The notes under the pieces are model-generated. The model did no database searches. It was not told the origin of the DNA and saw only the letters and a list, made by a program, of their open reading frames with translations. The translations under genes and the position numbers were made by a program. Positions 1 through 9,651 of a DNA stretch of 64,000 nt are shown in pieces. Source of the DNA: Faecousia sp. (GTDB lineage: Bacteria > Bacillota > Clostridia > Oscillospirales > Oscillospiraceae); assembly GCA_045603825.1 (NCBI GenBank), contig JAZUMW010000121.1:19136-83135 (forward strand), read 5' to 3'. The number at the start of each line of letters is the position of its first letter. Position 1 is the first letter of the stretch.

Positions 1-1842
1 AGTAAGTATATTGGCGGCGGTGAAGACGGCAATGTGCGTCTGAACAAGATCGGTACAGATACATGGCAAAAAACCAAGGCAAAGGCCCGGAAGGCCGCTA
101 AGGATATGGCTGGTGAACTGATTCAACTGTACGCCGCCCGGAAGCGGCAACCCGGCTATGCCTTTGCCGCCGATTCCCCCTGGCAGCGGGAATTTGAGGA
201 TAACTTTATATATCCCGAAACCGACGACCAGCTACGCTGTATCGCGGAGATCAAATCCGATATGGAAGCTCCTGTTCCCATGGACCGGCTGCTTTGCGGT
301 GATGTTGGTTTCGGTAAGACCGAAGTGGCTCTGCGGGCCGTAATGAAAGCCATCATGGACGGAAAGCAGGTTGCTATTTTGGTACCCACCACCGTCCTTG
401 CACAGCAGCATTACCAGACAGCCATTACCCGTTTCAGAGGCTTCCCTGTGAATATTGAAGTGCTCAGCCGTTTCCAAACCCCCACCGCCCAAAAGCGAAT
501 CCTTCAGAATCTCCGGGCGGGTCAGGTGGATCTGGTGATCGGCACCCATAAGCTGTTGCAGAAAAGTGTTGAATTTAAGGGCCTGGGACTGTTGATTGTC
601 GATGAGGAGCAGCGGTTCGGTGTCAGCCACAAGGAGCGTTTGAAGGAGCTCTCCAAAGGCGTGGATGTTCTGACTTTGTCTGCAACGCCAATTCCCAGAA
701 CGCTGAATATGGCGCTGTCGGGAATCCGGGATATGTCCACCATTGAAGAGCCGCCCGCCGACCGTTATCCCGTACAGACTTATGTTATGGAGCATAATGC
801 GGCCCTTTTGGATGACGCGATCCGCCGAGAAGTGGAACGGGGCGGTCAGGTATACTATCTGCACAACCGGGTGGAAACCATCGACCAGTGCGCGTCTGCG
901 CTGAAGCGCAGAATCCCCGGTTTAAGTGTGGCTGTTGCCCACGGAAAGATGGGAGAAGAAGCCCTGGGTGATGTGATGCACGCCATGGCTGACGGTGAGA
1001 TCCAGGTGCTTGTCTGCACCACCATTATCGAGACCGGTCTGGACATTCCCAATGTAAATACTCTGATCATAGAAAACGCGGACCGCTTTGGTCTGAGCCA
1101 GCTGCATCAGCTGCGCGGCCGGGTCGGCCGTTCCACACGGCATGCCTATGCCTACTTCACCTATCGGCCCGACAAGTCTCTGACGGAAGTGGCAGAAAAG
1201 AGACTCTCTGCCATCCGTGATTTTGCGGAGTTCGGTTCCGGCTTTAAGATCGCCATGCGTGATCTGGAGATCCGTGGCGCAGGCAACCTTCTCGGCGCTG
1301 AACAGTCCGGTCACATGATGAGTGTTGGCTACGATATGTATCTGAAGCTTTTGGATGAAGCTGTCCTTGAGCAGCGGGGTGAGCAGCCCAAGGAACCGGA
1401 TTGTACCGCCGATCTGAATGTCACCGCCAATGTGGATAAGGATTATGTATCCCGTGGAGAGGAACGAATGGATCTTTACCGCCGTATGGCAGCCATCCGG
1501 TCCCAGGAAGATGCAGATGATCTTCTGGATGAGATCATTGACCGGTACGGTGAGCCTCCCAAGGGTGTTCTCAATCTGGTGGAGATTGCCTTGCTTCGCG
1601 CAAACGCCCGGAAGGTTGGAATCTGTGACATTCGCCAGAAGGCTTCGGAGGTGCTGTTTACGCTGAATAATCTGAATTTTGAAGCAGTCAGCGCCCTTTG
1701 CGCAATGCCCGATTACAAAAACAGAGTGCAGTTTGTTGCAACCGCTAAGCAGCCCACCCTGCGGCTGCGGCTTTCCGCCGGTGTGGATTCCCTGCGCCAG
1801 GCAAAAGTCTTTGTGCAGAAGTATCATCAATGTCTGCCATAG
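1..1842 (+). CDS. mfd: Transcription-repair coupling factor, 5'-truncated by window edge
   Basis: Frame open from base 1; motifs GDVGFGKT, DEEQRFG, SATPIPRT, QLRGRVGR and C-terminal TRCF region. Confidence 0.97.
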   Translation, partial: SKYIGGGEDGNVRLNKIGTDTWQKTKAKARKAAKDMAGELIQLYAARKRQPGYAFAADSPWQREFEDNFIYPETDDQLRCIAEIKSDMEAPVPMDRLLCGDVGFGKTEVALRAVMKAIMDGKQVAILVPTTVLAQQHYQTAITRFRGFPVNIEVLSRFQTPTAQKRILQNLRAGQVDLVIGTHKLLQKSVEFKGLGLLIVDEEQRFGVSHKERLKELSKGVDVLTLSATPIPRTLNMALSGIRDMSTIEEPPADRYPVQTYVMEHNAALLDDAIRREVERGGQVYYLHNRVETIDQCASALKRRIPGLSVAVAHGKMGEEALGDVMHAMADGEIQVLVCTTIIETGLDIPNVNTLIIENADRFGLSQLHQLRGRVGRSTRHAYAYFTYRPDKSLTEVAEKRLSAIRDFAEFGSGFKIAMRDLEIRGAGNLLGAEQSGHMMSVGYDMYLKLLDEAVLEQRGEQPKEPDCTADLNVTANVDKDYVSRGEERMDLYRRMAAIRSQEDADDLLDEIIDRYGEPPKGVLNLVEIALLRANARKVGICDIRQKASEVLFTLNNLNFEAVSALCAMPDYKNRVQFVATAKQPTLRLRLSAGVDSLRQAKVFVQKYHQCLP

Positions 1843-1944
1843 GCTCCCCGAATCTTCCTGCGGTGATTTATATATTAGGCTTGCAATTTTGATATTTTAT
1901 GTTACAATATGTAAGAAAATGTAATAGAAAGGAGTTTTTGTTGT

Positions 1945-3777
1945 ATGGGAAAGAAATCTTCCGGCCGTTTTCAGAAGCGCAACGACGAGCTGGAACTGGA
2001 ACGGTCTTACCATAAAGCAGCAGGTAAGCATAAGAAAAAGACCGGCACTGTGCTCTTTTTACTTGTCTTGATCGTCGTCTTGGCTGCTGTTGTGCTCGTT
2101 GGATGTCTTGGGTCCACCGATCTGGAAGATGGCATTATCATGGATAATGTGAAAGTCGCCGGTGTGGATGTTGGCGGCATGACCAAGGAGGAAGCAGCCA
2201 GCGCATTGCGGCTGTCTGTTGTAGATAATTATACCAAGAACCCCATGGTCGTTTATTTTGTAGATCAGCAGGTTGAGCTGTCTCCCGATGTAACAGAAAT
2301 CAAATTTGATGTGGAGGCCGCTGTTGACGCAGCCTACGACCTGGGTCGTACCGGATCCAACGCTGAAAAGAAAGAAGTCCAGCTTTTAGCTGCCACCGTT
2401 GGTATCTCTGTAGATGCCACAGAGTATCTGACCATCAATGCCGATGCCATCAGCGCATATCTGGCCGCCTTGAATCTTGCCCCCGCAGGGGAAGTGATCC
2501 AGTCTACATGGGAAGTTACAGGTGAAGCTCCCGACCTGACCACCGAGGAAGCACCCCTGGAGCTTCAAACCCTGGTGATCCACCTGGGCACTCCTGCTTA
2601 TACCTACAGCCAGGAGGAGCTTCTGGCCCAGATCATGGATGCTTACCAGAGCAACGCTTTCATTGTTGAGTTTAACTGCCAGCTGGCCGCTCCCGATCCC
2701 GTGGATCTGGATGCCATTCATCAGCAGTACAACACCGAACCCGTCAATGCCGAAATGGACAGTGAGACCTATGAGGTTTCCGACCACGCTTATGGCTACG
2801 GCTTTGATCTGGAAAGCGCAAAGGTCTCTTTGGAAGGCGCCCAGTACGGTACCGACCTGGAGATCCCCTTTACGGTAGTTTCCCCCGAGCAGACCAAGGA
2901 GAATCTCTCCTCCCTGCTCTTCAGAGATGTGCTCTCCACCCATAAAGCCACCGGTGTCAGCAGCTACAACCGCAACACCAACCTTAAGATCGCCTGTAAG
3001 GCCATTGACGGGACCGTGCTCATGCCCGGTGAAGTGTTCGATTATAATGAAACACTTGGCGAACGCACCTCTGCAAAGGGTTATCTGCCCGCAGACAGCT
3101 ATGTTGGCGGTCTGACTGTGAAGACCTTGGGCGGCGGTATCTGCCAGCCCTCCTCTATCATTTACTACTGCGCATTGCTGGCTGACATGGAAATTGTAAC
3201 CCGCTCCTGCCACCAGTATATTTCCAGCTATATGGACCCCGGTATGGATGCCACCGTAAGCTGGGGCGGTCCCCATTTCCGTTTCCGCAATAATACCGAC
3301 TACCCCATCCGTATTGACGCATCCGCCTCCGGCGCCAGTGTTACCATCTCCATCGTTGGTACCGATACCAAAGATTACTATGTGAAGATGGAATACGAGG
3401 TTCTGAGCAAGACCGGTTGGACAACAGAATACCAGGAGCTGCCCGCAGACAACGAGGACGGTTACAAGGATGGCGATGTGATCTCCACACCTTATACCGG
3501 CTATTCCGTTAATACCTATCGCTGCAGATACAGCAAAGCAGATGACAGTCTAATCGAGCGTGTCTTTGAAGCAAAGTCCTCCTATGATTTCCGTAACAAG
3601 GTAATCGCAAAAATCATTACCGAGGAAACCGAAACACCTACAGAAGCACCCACCGAGCAGCCTACCGACGGCCCGACGGATGCACCTACCGACGCTCCTA
3701 CCGATGCGCCTGATGATTCCACGGATACACCTGTTACACCGGATCCGCCTGCTGACGATTCTTCCGGCGGTGAATAA
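1945..3777 (+). CDS. VanW-family / peptidoglycan-binding membrane-anchored protein
   Basis: N-terminal TM, VAGVDVGGMT PG-binding-like segment, GGGICQ..RSCH..GMDATV..FRFRNNTDYPI VanW motif; RBS AAAGGAG. Confidence 0.85.
   Translation: MGKKSSGRFQKRNDELELERSYHKAAGKHKKKTGTVLFLLVLIVVLAAVVLVGCLGSTDLEDGIIMDNVKVAGVDVGGMTKEEAASALRLSVVDNYTKNPMVVYFVDQQVELSPDVTEIKFDVEAAVDAAYDLGRTGSNAEKKEVQLLAATVGISVDATEYLTINADAISAYLAALNLAPAGEVIQSTWEVTGEAPDLTTEEAPLELQTLVIHLGTPAYTYSQEELLAQIMDAYQSNAFIVEFNCQLAAPDPVDLDAIHQQYNTEPVNAEMDSETYEVSDHAYGYGFDLESAKVSLEGAQYGTDLEIPFTVVSPEQTKENLSSLLFRDVLSTHKATGVSSYNRNTNLKIACKAIDGTVLMPGEVFDYNETLGERTSAKGYLPADSYVGGLTVKTLGGGICQPSSIIYYCALLADMEIVTRSCHQYISSYMDPGMDATVSWGGPHFRFRNNTDYPIRIDASASGASVTISIVGTDTKDYYVKMEYEVLSKTGWTTEYQELPADNEDGYKDGDVISTPYTGYSVNTYRCRYSKADDSLIERVFEAKSSYDFRNKVIAKIITEETETPTEAPTEQPTDGPTDAPTDAPTDAPDDSTDTPVTPDPPADDSSGGE
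3631..3711 (+). repeat. Imperfect 12-bp coding tandem repeat (PTEA/PTDA) in the VanW protein tail
   Basis: ETPTEAPTEQPTDGPTDAPTDAPTDAP. Confidence 0.8.
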
Positions 3778-3783
3778 AATGAA

Positions 3784-3816
3784 AAAGCAGCGGACAGCAT
3801 TGCTGTCCGCTGCTTT
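3784..3816. terminator. Bidirectional intrinsic terminator
   Basis: AAAGCAGCGGACAGCA-T-TGCTGTCCGCTGCTTT between convergent genes. Confidence 0.85.
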
Positions 3817-3817
3817 A

Positions 3818-4240
3818 TTATTTTGCCTGGATCTCCAGGTGATACTCAATGATCCCCGCAGCTGCGTGTTCTATCTCAATGGCATAAACCAAGTCAACAA
3901 CGCCGCCATGGTCTGTAATGTCATAGGAAACTTTCGTTGCGCAAACACAGATCATCAACATTCCGAATTCAGAGCGGTACAAGGACTCATGGGTAAATCC
4001 TGTTTTAAAGACCATCTCAGAATGCAGGTTGCCCGTGCGTCTGAGTGTCACCGTGTCCCCTTCCATGCGGAATGTGGTCGTCACACCCTCCAACCCGGTC
4101 AGATCGCTTTCTTCATAGCTCAGATCCCAGCCGTTGTCACGAAACTCAAGTACACCCTCGCTGACCAGTTCGATAATTTCCGGCTCCTGATCAAGATAAG
4201 CCTGCCGTCCCCTTATGGACAGTACCACTTGCTGTTTCAT
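3818..4240 (-). CDS. DUF1934-family protein
   Basis: 140 aa beta-rich protein; LSYEES..G..TT, VTLRRTG, F..G..H...Y.SEFG pattern. Confidence 0.75.
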   Translation of the reverse strand: MKQQVVLSIRGRQAYLDQEPEIIELVSEGVLEFRDNGWDLSYEESDLTGLEGVTTTFRMEGDTVTLRRTGNLHSEMVFKTGFTHESLYRSEFGMLMICVCATKVSYDITDHGGVVDLVYAIEIEHAAAGIIEYHLEIQAK

Positions 4241-4241
4241 C

Positions 4242-5306
4242 TTACGCCTCCAGCGCCAGCTTCAGCAATTCATCGATCAGTTTGTCGTAAGGAATCCCGC
4301 TTGCTCCAAAGAGCTTGGGATACATGGAGATGGATGTGAATCCGGGCAATGTGTTGATCTCATTGAAAACGATCCGGTTGCCTTCATAGGTGACAAAGAA
4401 GTCCACACGGCTGAGGCCCTGACAGCCGATAGCCATATATACCTTCACTGCAGCCTCCCGAACCTGCTCAGCTACATTCTCCGGGATACGGGCAGGAATG
4501 TAAGCGACAGAGGTATCGGTAACATATTTGGCATCGTAATCATAGAATTCCGCGCCGGAATCGATCTCGCCGCAAATGGAAGCCACGGGGTTTTCATTGC
4601 CCATAACCGCGACTTCCACTTCCCGACCTTTGATAAATTCCTCAACGAGAATCTTCTTGTCAAATTTGCCGGCCTGCAGCAGCGCATTTTCCAGAGCGTT
4701 GCGGTCAGCAGCCTTGGAAACACCAACAGACGATCCGGTTCCGGCAGGCTTTACAAATACGGGATAGGCAAAACGCGCCTCGATGCTGTCCAAAATTGAT
4801 TCCACATGGCTCTGCAGATCTGCACTGCGCACAAGCTGCCATGCAGCCTGGAGGACATCTGTTGTATCCACCACCAGCTTGGTGAGGGTCTTATCCATCG
4901 CCACAGCAGAGGCCGCCACATGGGGGCCTACATAGGGAATACCCGCCATCTGCAGCAATCCCTGCATAGCGCCGTCCTCACCATTCTCACCGTGGAGGAC
5001 GGGGAAAACCACATCAATTTTCTGCCATCGGGCAGCATTGTCCTCAAAAATTGCCAGTCCCTGACCGCGCACAGGAGAGATCATCACCTTACGGTTGTCA
5101 GGATGCTCCTGCCATGCGCCACCGGGTAGCAGCGCATATTCGCTGCTTCCAAACAGAACCCAGTCACCGCTTTTGGTAATACCCACTGGAAAAATATTAT
5201 ACTTCTCCGGATCCATATTGTTAAGGACAGATTCAGCAGAACGCAGAGATACATCATGCTCCGGACTGACACCGCCGAACAGGACGCAGACATTCAGTTT
5301 ATTCAT
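4242..5306 (-). CDS. ddl: D-alanine--D-alanine ligase
   Basis: GGVSPEHDVS, HGENGEDG, GSSVG, FYDYDAKY, NEINTLPGFT. Confidence 0.96.
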   Translation of the reverse strand: MNKLNVCVLFGGVSPEHDVSLRSAESVLNNMDPEKYNIFPVGITKSGDWVLFGSSEYALLPGGAWQEHPDNRKVMISPVRGQGLAIFEDNAARWQKIDVVFPVLHGENGEDGAMQGLLQMAGIPYVGPHVAASAVAMDKTLTKLVVDTTDVLQAAWQLVRSADLQSHVESILDSIEARFAYPVFVKPAGTGSSVGVSKAADRNALENALLQAGKFDKKILVEEFIKGREVEVAVMGNENPVASICGEIDSGAEFYDYDAKYVTDTSVAYIPARIPENVAEQVREAAVKVYMAIGCQGLSRVDFFVTYEGNRIVFNEINTLPGFTSISMYPKLFGASGIPYDKLIDELLKLALEA

Positions 5307-5325
5307 GATTATGCCTCACTTATCG

Positions 5326-6684
5326 TTATTTCAGTAATGCCTCGCCGGCGCGGAAAATATCACCAGCACCGACGGTCAAAATCACATCTCCGGGCTGCGC
5401 AATCTCCCGCAAATAGGCTGTGACCTCCTGCAGGGTCTTACAATAAACGGATCCGGGGATCTGTTTCACAAGATCTCTGGAGGAAATCCCCACCGTATTC
5501 CGCTCCCGGGCTGCGTAGATCTCTGCCACGACCGCCACATCCACCTTGCGCAGTTCCCGTACAAAATCATCAAACAAGGCCTTGGTACGGGTGTATGTGT
5601 GGGGTTGGAACGCAATAATGATCCGGTTGTGGTCCATGGTACGGACAGCATCGATGGTCGCCGCCAGTTCGTCGGGATGGTGCGCATAGTCGTCATACAA
5701 CACGGCACCGTTGATGTTGCCTTTAAACTGCATCCGACGTTCTGCACCTGCAAAAGTAAACAGGCCCCTGGTGACAGCCTCACCGGGAACCCCCAGCATC
5801 CATGCCGCACCGGCAGCTGCCAAGGCATTCAGCGCATTGTGACGGCCCAATACCTGCAGGTCAACATGGCAATACCACTGTCCGTTACAGATCACATCCA
5901 TATGACGCCAGTCGTCACTCATATTGGCAGGATGGATATGATTGCACTCCTTCAGGCCAAAAGTAAGATGCTCAACTCCCTGCATTGCTTCCACCGTATG
6001 GGGATCATCACCGTTGGAAAGAACACCTCCGGAGGAAAGCTCCGCAAATTTGCGGAAGGATTTCTGAACATCTGCCAGATCCTTAAAATAATCCAGGTGG
6101 TCTGCTTCAACATTCAGCACCACGGCCAGTGTGGGGAAAAAGTTCAGGAAAGAGTCGCAGTATTCGCAGCTTTCCAAAACGATGGTGTCACCTTTGCCGA
6201 CACGGTGACCTGCCCGCAGTAGCGGCAGATAACCGCCGATCATCACGGTGGGGTCCATTTCTGTTTCCATCAGAATATGGGTCATCATGGATGTAGTAGT
6301 GGTCTTGCCGTGAGTACCGGCAATGCATACTGCGTTTTTGTATGCCTGCATGATCACGCCCCAGGCCTGTGCCCGTTCAAACAGAGGAATTCCCATCCGT
6401 CTGGCAGCAGCAATCTCCGGGTTATCATTATGTGCCGCGGCAGTGCGGATAATGCAGTCCGCACCCACGATATTCTCAGCCTGATGACCGATGGAAACAT
6501 GAATGCCCTTGGCGATCAACTCATCGGTGGACACAGATGCATTCATATCCGAACCGGTAACCAACATTCCCATACCCTTCAAAACAAGTCCCAAAGGACG
6601 CATGGAAACGCCGCCGATACCCACAAGATGAATATGCTTTCCGGGTACCAGATAGCGCTTTAATTCTTCATTTCTATTTTCCAT
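5326..6684 (-). CDS. murC: UDP-N-acetylmuramate--L-alanine ligase
   Basis: GIGGVSM, GTHGKTTT, DHLDYF, DDYAHHP, FQPHTYTRT. Confidence 0.96.
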   Translation of the reverse strand: MENRNEELKRYLVPGKHIHLVGIGGVSMRPLGLVLKGMGMLVTGSDMNASVSTDELIAKGIHVSIGHQAENIVGADCIIRTAAAHNDNPEIAAARRMGIPLFERAQAWGVIMQAYKNAVCIAGTHGKTTTTSMMTHILMETEMDPTVMIGGYLPLLRAGHRVGKGDTIVLESCEYCDSFLNFFPTLAVVLNVEADHLDYFKDLADVQKSFRKFAELSSGGVLSNGDDPHTVEAMQGVEHLTFGLKECNHIHPANMSDDWRHMDVICNGQWYCHVDLQVLGRHNALNALAAAGAAWMLGVPGEAVTRGLFTFAGAERRMQFKGNINGAVLYDDYAHHPDELAATIDAVRTMDHNRIIIAFQPHTYTRTKALFDDFVRELRKVDVAVVAEIYAARERNTVGISSRDLVKQIPGSVYCKTLQEVTAYLREIAQPGDVILTVGAGDIFRAGEALLK

Positions 6685-6999
6685 TCAGGTTTTCCTCCCG
6701 AAAACAAGTCGTTACAACCTTAACATTATATAATACTGCCGTCAATTTTACAACTGAAAATTTATCTAAAACCCAACAAAACGGAAAATTATACCGTTTA
6801 CATAGAGGACTGGATCTGTGGCTTTCATAGATTTAGGTTACATATTATTGTATTTTTCATAAAATTCGTGTATATTATTCATTCCAAATATCGTATATAT
6901 TGACTGTATATGTGTATATTCAAATGCATTTTGAATTTTTTTAGTAACTTTGCACCATTTCCACCCCTTTCTTATGGAATTATTGTGTTTTTTTCAGTA

Positions 7000-7028
7000 T
7001 TGACGATGAATATTATACGATGTATAAT
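7000..7028 (+). promoter_or_regulatory. Sigma-A promoter of amino-acid ABC operon
   Basis: TTGACG (7000-7005), 17 bp, TATAAT (7023-7028). Confidence 0.75.
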
Positions 7029-7078
7029 ACACACATCATCAATAACCGCTTGCGGCGGTAAGAAAAGAGGATAAAATT

Positions 7079-8047
7079 ATGAAAAAACTGATCGCTTTGA
7101 TTCTGTCCCTGATTTTGGTTCTGGGCATGTTCGCCGGCTGCGGCAACAAGGACAATGCAGCCGACGCTCCTGCTGCCGACGCTCCTGCAGCTGATGCTCC
7201 TGCAGCTGATGCTCCTGCTGCTGATGCTCCTGCCGCCGACAACGCTGAAGTTGATTACTCCGCTATGACCATCGACGAGCTGAAGCCCCTGATTGAGACC
7301 CTCAGCGAGGGTAAGCTGACCATGGTCACCAGCCCCGACTTCGCTCCCTATGAGTTCTACGCTCTGGACGAAAACGGCAACCCCTCTCTGGCCGGTTTTG
7401 ACATCGCCCTGGGTCAGTACATCGCTGACTACATCGGCCTGGAGCTGGAGATCATCCCCATGGACTTCGACGGCACCATCACCGAGCTCGGCATGGGCAA
7501 TGCTGACATCGGCATGGCCGGCTACTCCCCCGATCCCGACCGTGAAGGCGCAATGGACTTCTCCATCATTTATTATGAAGGCGGTCAGTCCTTCGTGACC
7601 AGCAAGGCTAACGCCGGTAATTTCGCTTCTCTGGCTGATGCCAACAACGCTGACTATCAGATCGGCGCACAGACCGCTTCCATCCAGTACGATCTGGCTA
7701 TGGAGAACACTCCCGATGCCGACATCGTTGAGCTGGCTAAGGTTACCGACATCGTCGCTGAAGTTATCAACAACAAGCTGGACGGCGCATTTGTCGAGAC
7801 TGTCGTTGCTGAGACCTACGCAAAGAACTACACTGACCTGGTAGTTCTGTTCGAAGTCCCCTACGATCAGGAAGGCTCCGTTGTCGGTGTTAAGGAAGGC
7901 AACGCCGCTCTGCTGGCTGCTGTTAACCTGGCCATCCAGGCTGCTCTGGACGACGGTTCCATGGCTAAGTTCGTCGCTGATGCCAACGAGCTGGCAACTG
8001 GCGAAAAGTACGAAGGCCTGCTGAATGCTGACGGCAGCATTGGTTAA
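7079..8047 (+). CDS. Polar amino-acid ABC transporter substrate-binding lipoprotein
   Basis: Lipobox FAGC; TSPDFAPYEF, GFDIAL family-3 SBP motifs. Confidence 0.92.
   Translation: MKKLIALILSLILVLGMFAGCGNKDNAADAPAADAPAADAPAADAPAADAPAADNAEVDYSAMTIDELKPLIETLSEGKLTMVTSPDFAPYEFYALDENGNPSLAGFDIALGQYIADYIGLELEIIPMDFDGTITELGMGNADIGMAGYSPDPDREGAMDFSIIYYEGGQSFVTSKANAGNFASLADANNADYQIGAQTASIQYDLAMENTPDADIVELAKVTDIVAEVINNKLDGAFVETVVAETYAKNYTDLVVLFEVPYDQEGSVVGVKEGNAALLAAVNLAIQAALDDGSMAKFVADANELATGEKYEGLLNADGSIG
7157..7240 (+). repeat. 15-bp coding tandem repeat (AADAP)x5+
   Basis: GCWGCYGAYGCTCCT units directly after the lipobox. Confidence 0.9.
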
Positions 8048-8122
8048 TACATTAACTGTATAATCCTGGATTTCCCCCGGGAGCGATGCTTCCGGGGTAC
8101 TTCCTCGAAAGGAGAAATTTCT

Positions 8123-8887
8123 TTGATTACACAAGCCGGTTTTGACGCTGCTTTAAAATACTGGAAAATGTTTTTGGAAGGCATGGTCTGTACCGTTTCC
8201 CTGTCCTTCTTTACTGTCATTTTCGGTTTTATTCTGGCGCTTATCCTTGCGCTGATGCGTATGTCCAACATCTGTCCCCTGCGTTTTCTGGGCTACAACG
8301 CCCGTCTGGACAGCATTAGAAGCCGCATTTCCCGTTTCCGCCCCCTGAATTTTATTGCCTCCATTTATGTGGAAGTATTTCGTGCTACTCCTTTGATGGT
8401 GCAGTTGTTCATTGTCTATTATGTGCTTTTGGGCGATCTGGATCTGCCTTCCTTTAAGATGTTCGGTTTTATTCGTTTTGAACGTTTCATTCCCGGTGTG
8501 ATCGCATTATCCCTGAACTCCGCAGCTTACTTAAGTGAGATCATCCGATCCGGCATTCAGTCCATTGAACTTGGTCAGACGGAAGCCGCAAGAAGTCTGG
8601 GTATGTCTCAAGGTCAGAATATGCGTTATATTATTCTGCCTCAGGCTATCAAGAACATCTTGCCCGCTATCGCAAATGAATTCGTTACCATTATCAAAGA
8701 ATCCTCAATCTGCTGGACCATCGGTGTCCAGGAGATCATGTCCGCTGTTAACTCTGTCAAGTCAGCCACCTTCCGCATCAGCGAGGCTCTGATCATCGCT
8801 GCTGCTGTCTACTTCTGCCTGACCTTCCCCACATCCAAGATCATTGCATACTTTGAAAGGAGGATGAGCCGTGGTGACCGGAGATAA
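8123..8887 (+). CDS. Polar amino-acid ABC permease
   Basis: TTG start with AAAGGAG RBS; [24 protein letters not shown] (EAA motif). Confidence 0.93.
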   Translation: MITQAGFDAALKYWKMFLEGMVCTVSLSFFTVIFGFILALILALMRMSNICPLRFLGYNARLDSIRSRISRFRPLNFIASIYVEVFRATPLMVQLFIVYYVLLGDLDLPSFKMFGFIRFERFIPGVIALSLNSAAYLSEIIRSGIQSIELGQTEAARSLGMSQGQNMRYIILPQAIKNILPAIANEFVTIIKESSICWTIGVQEIMSAVNSVKSATFRISEALIIAAAVYFCLTFPTSKIIAYFERRMSRGDRR

Positions 8888-9650
8888 GCTGATTCAAGTC
8901 AAGAATCTGAAAAAATATTACAACAAAGGTACCCTGCACGCTCTGGACAATGTTTCTGTAGACATCTTCAAAGGCGATGTCATGGTCGTCATTGGACCCT
9001 CCGGTTCCGGCAAGAGTACCCTCCTGCGGAGTTTGAATCTGCTGGAGGCACCCACCGATGGCTCCATTATCTTTCACGGTATCGATATCACCAGGAAGAA
9101 ATATAAGGATTACGAAACCAGTAAGGTGATCAAGGTCAATATTGACCGGCACCGGGAAAAAATGGGTATGGTGTTCCAGCACTTTAACCTTTTCCCCCAT
9201 AAGACCATTATGGAAAACATGATCCTTGCTCCCATGAAGGTCAAGAAGGTTTCCAAGCAGGAGGCCACCGAGAAGGCACTGGCCCTTTTGAAGCGTGTGG
9301 GTCTTGAAGACCGAGCTGACGCCTATCCCATTCAGCTCTCCGGCGGTCAGAAGCAGCGTTTCGCCATCGTCCGTGCGCTGATGATGGAGCCTGAGGTCAT
9401 GCTCTTTGACGAGCCTACCTCTGCCCTGGACCCTGAAATGGTGGGTGAAGTCCTGGAGGTCATGAAGGAACTTGCTGCTGAAGGCATGACCATGGTGGTC
9501 GTTACCCACGAAATGGGCTTCGCCCGGGAAGTTGGCAACCGCGTTCTGTTTATGGACGGCGGTATGCTTTTGGAAGAAGGTACGCCCGAAAACATCTTTG
9601 ACAACCCCCGCAGTGACCGTCTGAAAGACTTCCTGTCCAAGGTGCTTTGA
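8871..9650 (+). CDS. Polar amino-acid ABC ATP-binding protein
   Basis: [27 protein letters not shown]. Confidence 0.95.
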   Translation: MVTGDKLIQVKNLKKYYNKGTLHALDNVSVDIFKGDVMVVIGPSGSGKSTLLRSLNLLEAPTDGSIIFHGIDITRKKYKDYETSKVIKVNIDRHREKMGMVFQHFNLFPHKTIMENMILAPMKVKKVSKQEATEKALALLKRVGLEDRADAYPIQLSGGQKQRFAIVRALMMEPEVMLFDEPTSALDPEMVGEVLEVMKELAAEGMTMVVVTHEMGFAREVGNRVLFMDGGMLLEEGTPENIFDNPRSDRLKDFLSKVL

Positions 9651-9651
9651 T

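Noticed and set aside
1945-5306. VanW protein next to a D-Ala ligase as a vancomycin-resistance cluster
   Set aside because: Genes are convergent; the ligase has the D-Ala-D-Ala-type YDYDAKY loop and sits with murC; no vanH/X/Y/R/S
7157-7240. Tandem repeat as a CRISPR array
   Set aside because: In-frame 15-bp coding units with no spacers and no cas genes
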